Of a stretch of DNA of 64,000 nt, positions 63,226 through 64,000 are shown one piece after another. Numbering within the stretch: the first letter of the stretch is position 1; the number at the start of each line of letters is the position of its first letter. The DNA lies in the NCBI RefSeq assembly GCF_963921235.1, contig NC_086097.1, positions 5,022,001 to 5,086,000 of the forward strand, given 5' to 3'. The notes under the pieces are model-generated. The model was not told the DNA's origin. It ran no database searches and saw nothing but the letters and a program-made list of their open reading frames with translations. Source of the DNA: Mobula hypostoma. Its lineage: Eukaryota. The translations under genes and the position numbers were made by a program.

Positions 63226-63227
63226 AG

Positions 63228-63575
63228 CAAAGAGGGAATAAAGGGAGCCTTTTCTGGGTAGATATTTGTGCCTAGTGGTGTTCCACAGGGGTCTGTGTTA
63301 GGACTGCTTCATTTTACGTTATATGTCAATGATTTGGATGACGGACTTGATGGCTTTGTTGCAAAGTTTGCAGATGATATGAAAATAGGTGGAGAGACAG
63401 GTAGTTTTCAGTAAGTAGAGAGGCTACAGAAGGTCTTAGATTAGGAGAATGGGCAAAGAAGTGGCAGGTTGAACACAGTGTTGGGAAGTGTATGGTTATG
63501 CACATTGGTAGAAGAAATAAACGGTAGATTATTTTCTAAATGAAGAGAAAATACAAAAAACTGAGATGCAAAGAC
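63228..63575 (+). mobile_element. Old CR1 RT fragment
   Basis: SGVPQGSVLG, KFADDMKIGG. Confidence 0.85.
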
Positions 63576-64000
63576 CTCATTGGAACAGTTCTGGAAGTCC
63601 GTTTTTTCAATAATTTCTAAAGCACTTAAAATTAATTTACAACCTAATAAATTAACTGTGCTTTTTGGAATAATTCCTCAAAATGTTCATGGTATTTCTG
63701 TGACTGACCAGCATGTTATTGCGTTTGTTACATTGATAGCTAGGAGGGCCATTTGTTGAAGTGGAAGGATACATCAGCTCCCACTTTGTCACAATGGTTC
63801 TCTCAAGTGATGCTATGTCTTAGTTTGGAGCAAATTAGAAGTCGAACCTTTGAACCTTTATTTGATTTTGAGAAAAGATGGGGCTCATTTGCTCGTTATT
63901 ATCATTTGAGCTAATTGATATAATTTTTCCAACATCTAATTGTAAATTTTTTTGGTATATTTTCTTTTCTTGCTGGCGGTTTGATGTTTATTTTTAGAAG

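Overview
A vertebrate, repeat-saturated genomic window with no confidently identifiable host gene. The repeat content (several CR1 families with microsatellite tails, V-SINE/HE1-like SINEs, Rex1/Babar LINEs, Penelope-like elements) suggests a cartilaginous fish; this is inference. Most listed ORFs are fragments or antisense shadows of retroelement genes. Main contents: two long, closely related CR1 copies retaining the ORF1 (SGNH-esterase)/ORF2 junction; many nested CR1 and Rex1 fragments; two Penelope-like families with GIY-YIG/RT remnants and about 15 intact or decayed minimal hammerhead-ribozyme motifs; three solo LTRs with target-site duplications; an aberrant retrovirus-like insertion (LTR plus inverted, internally deleted pol); one Harbinger-type MITE and two Tc1-type remnants. 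Top observations: an in-phase UUUAAAC slippery heptamer linking CR1 ORF1 to an AUG-less ORF2, dimer-type hammerhead cassettes, and the LTR/inverted-pol insertion with a cryptic end. Boundaries of old repeats are approximate.
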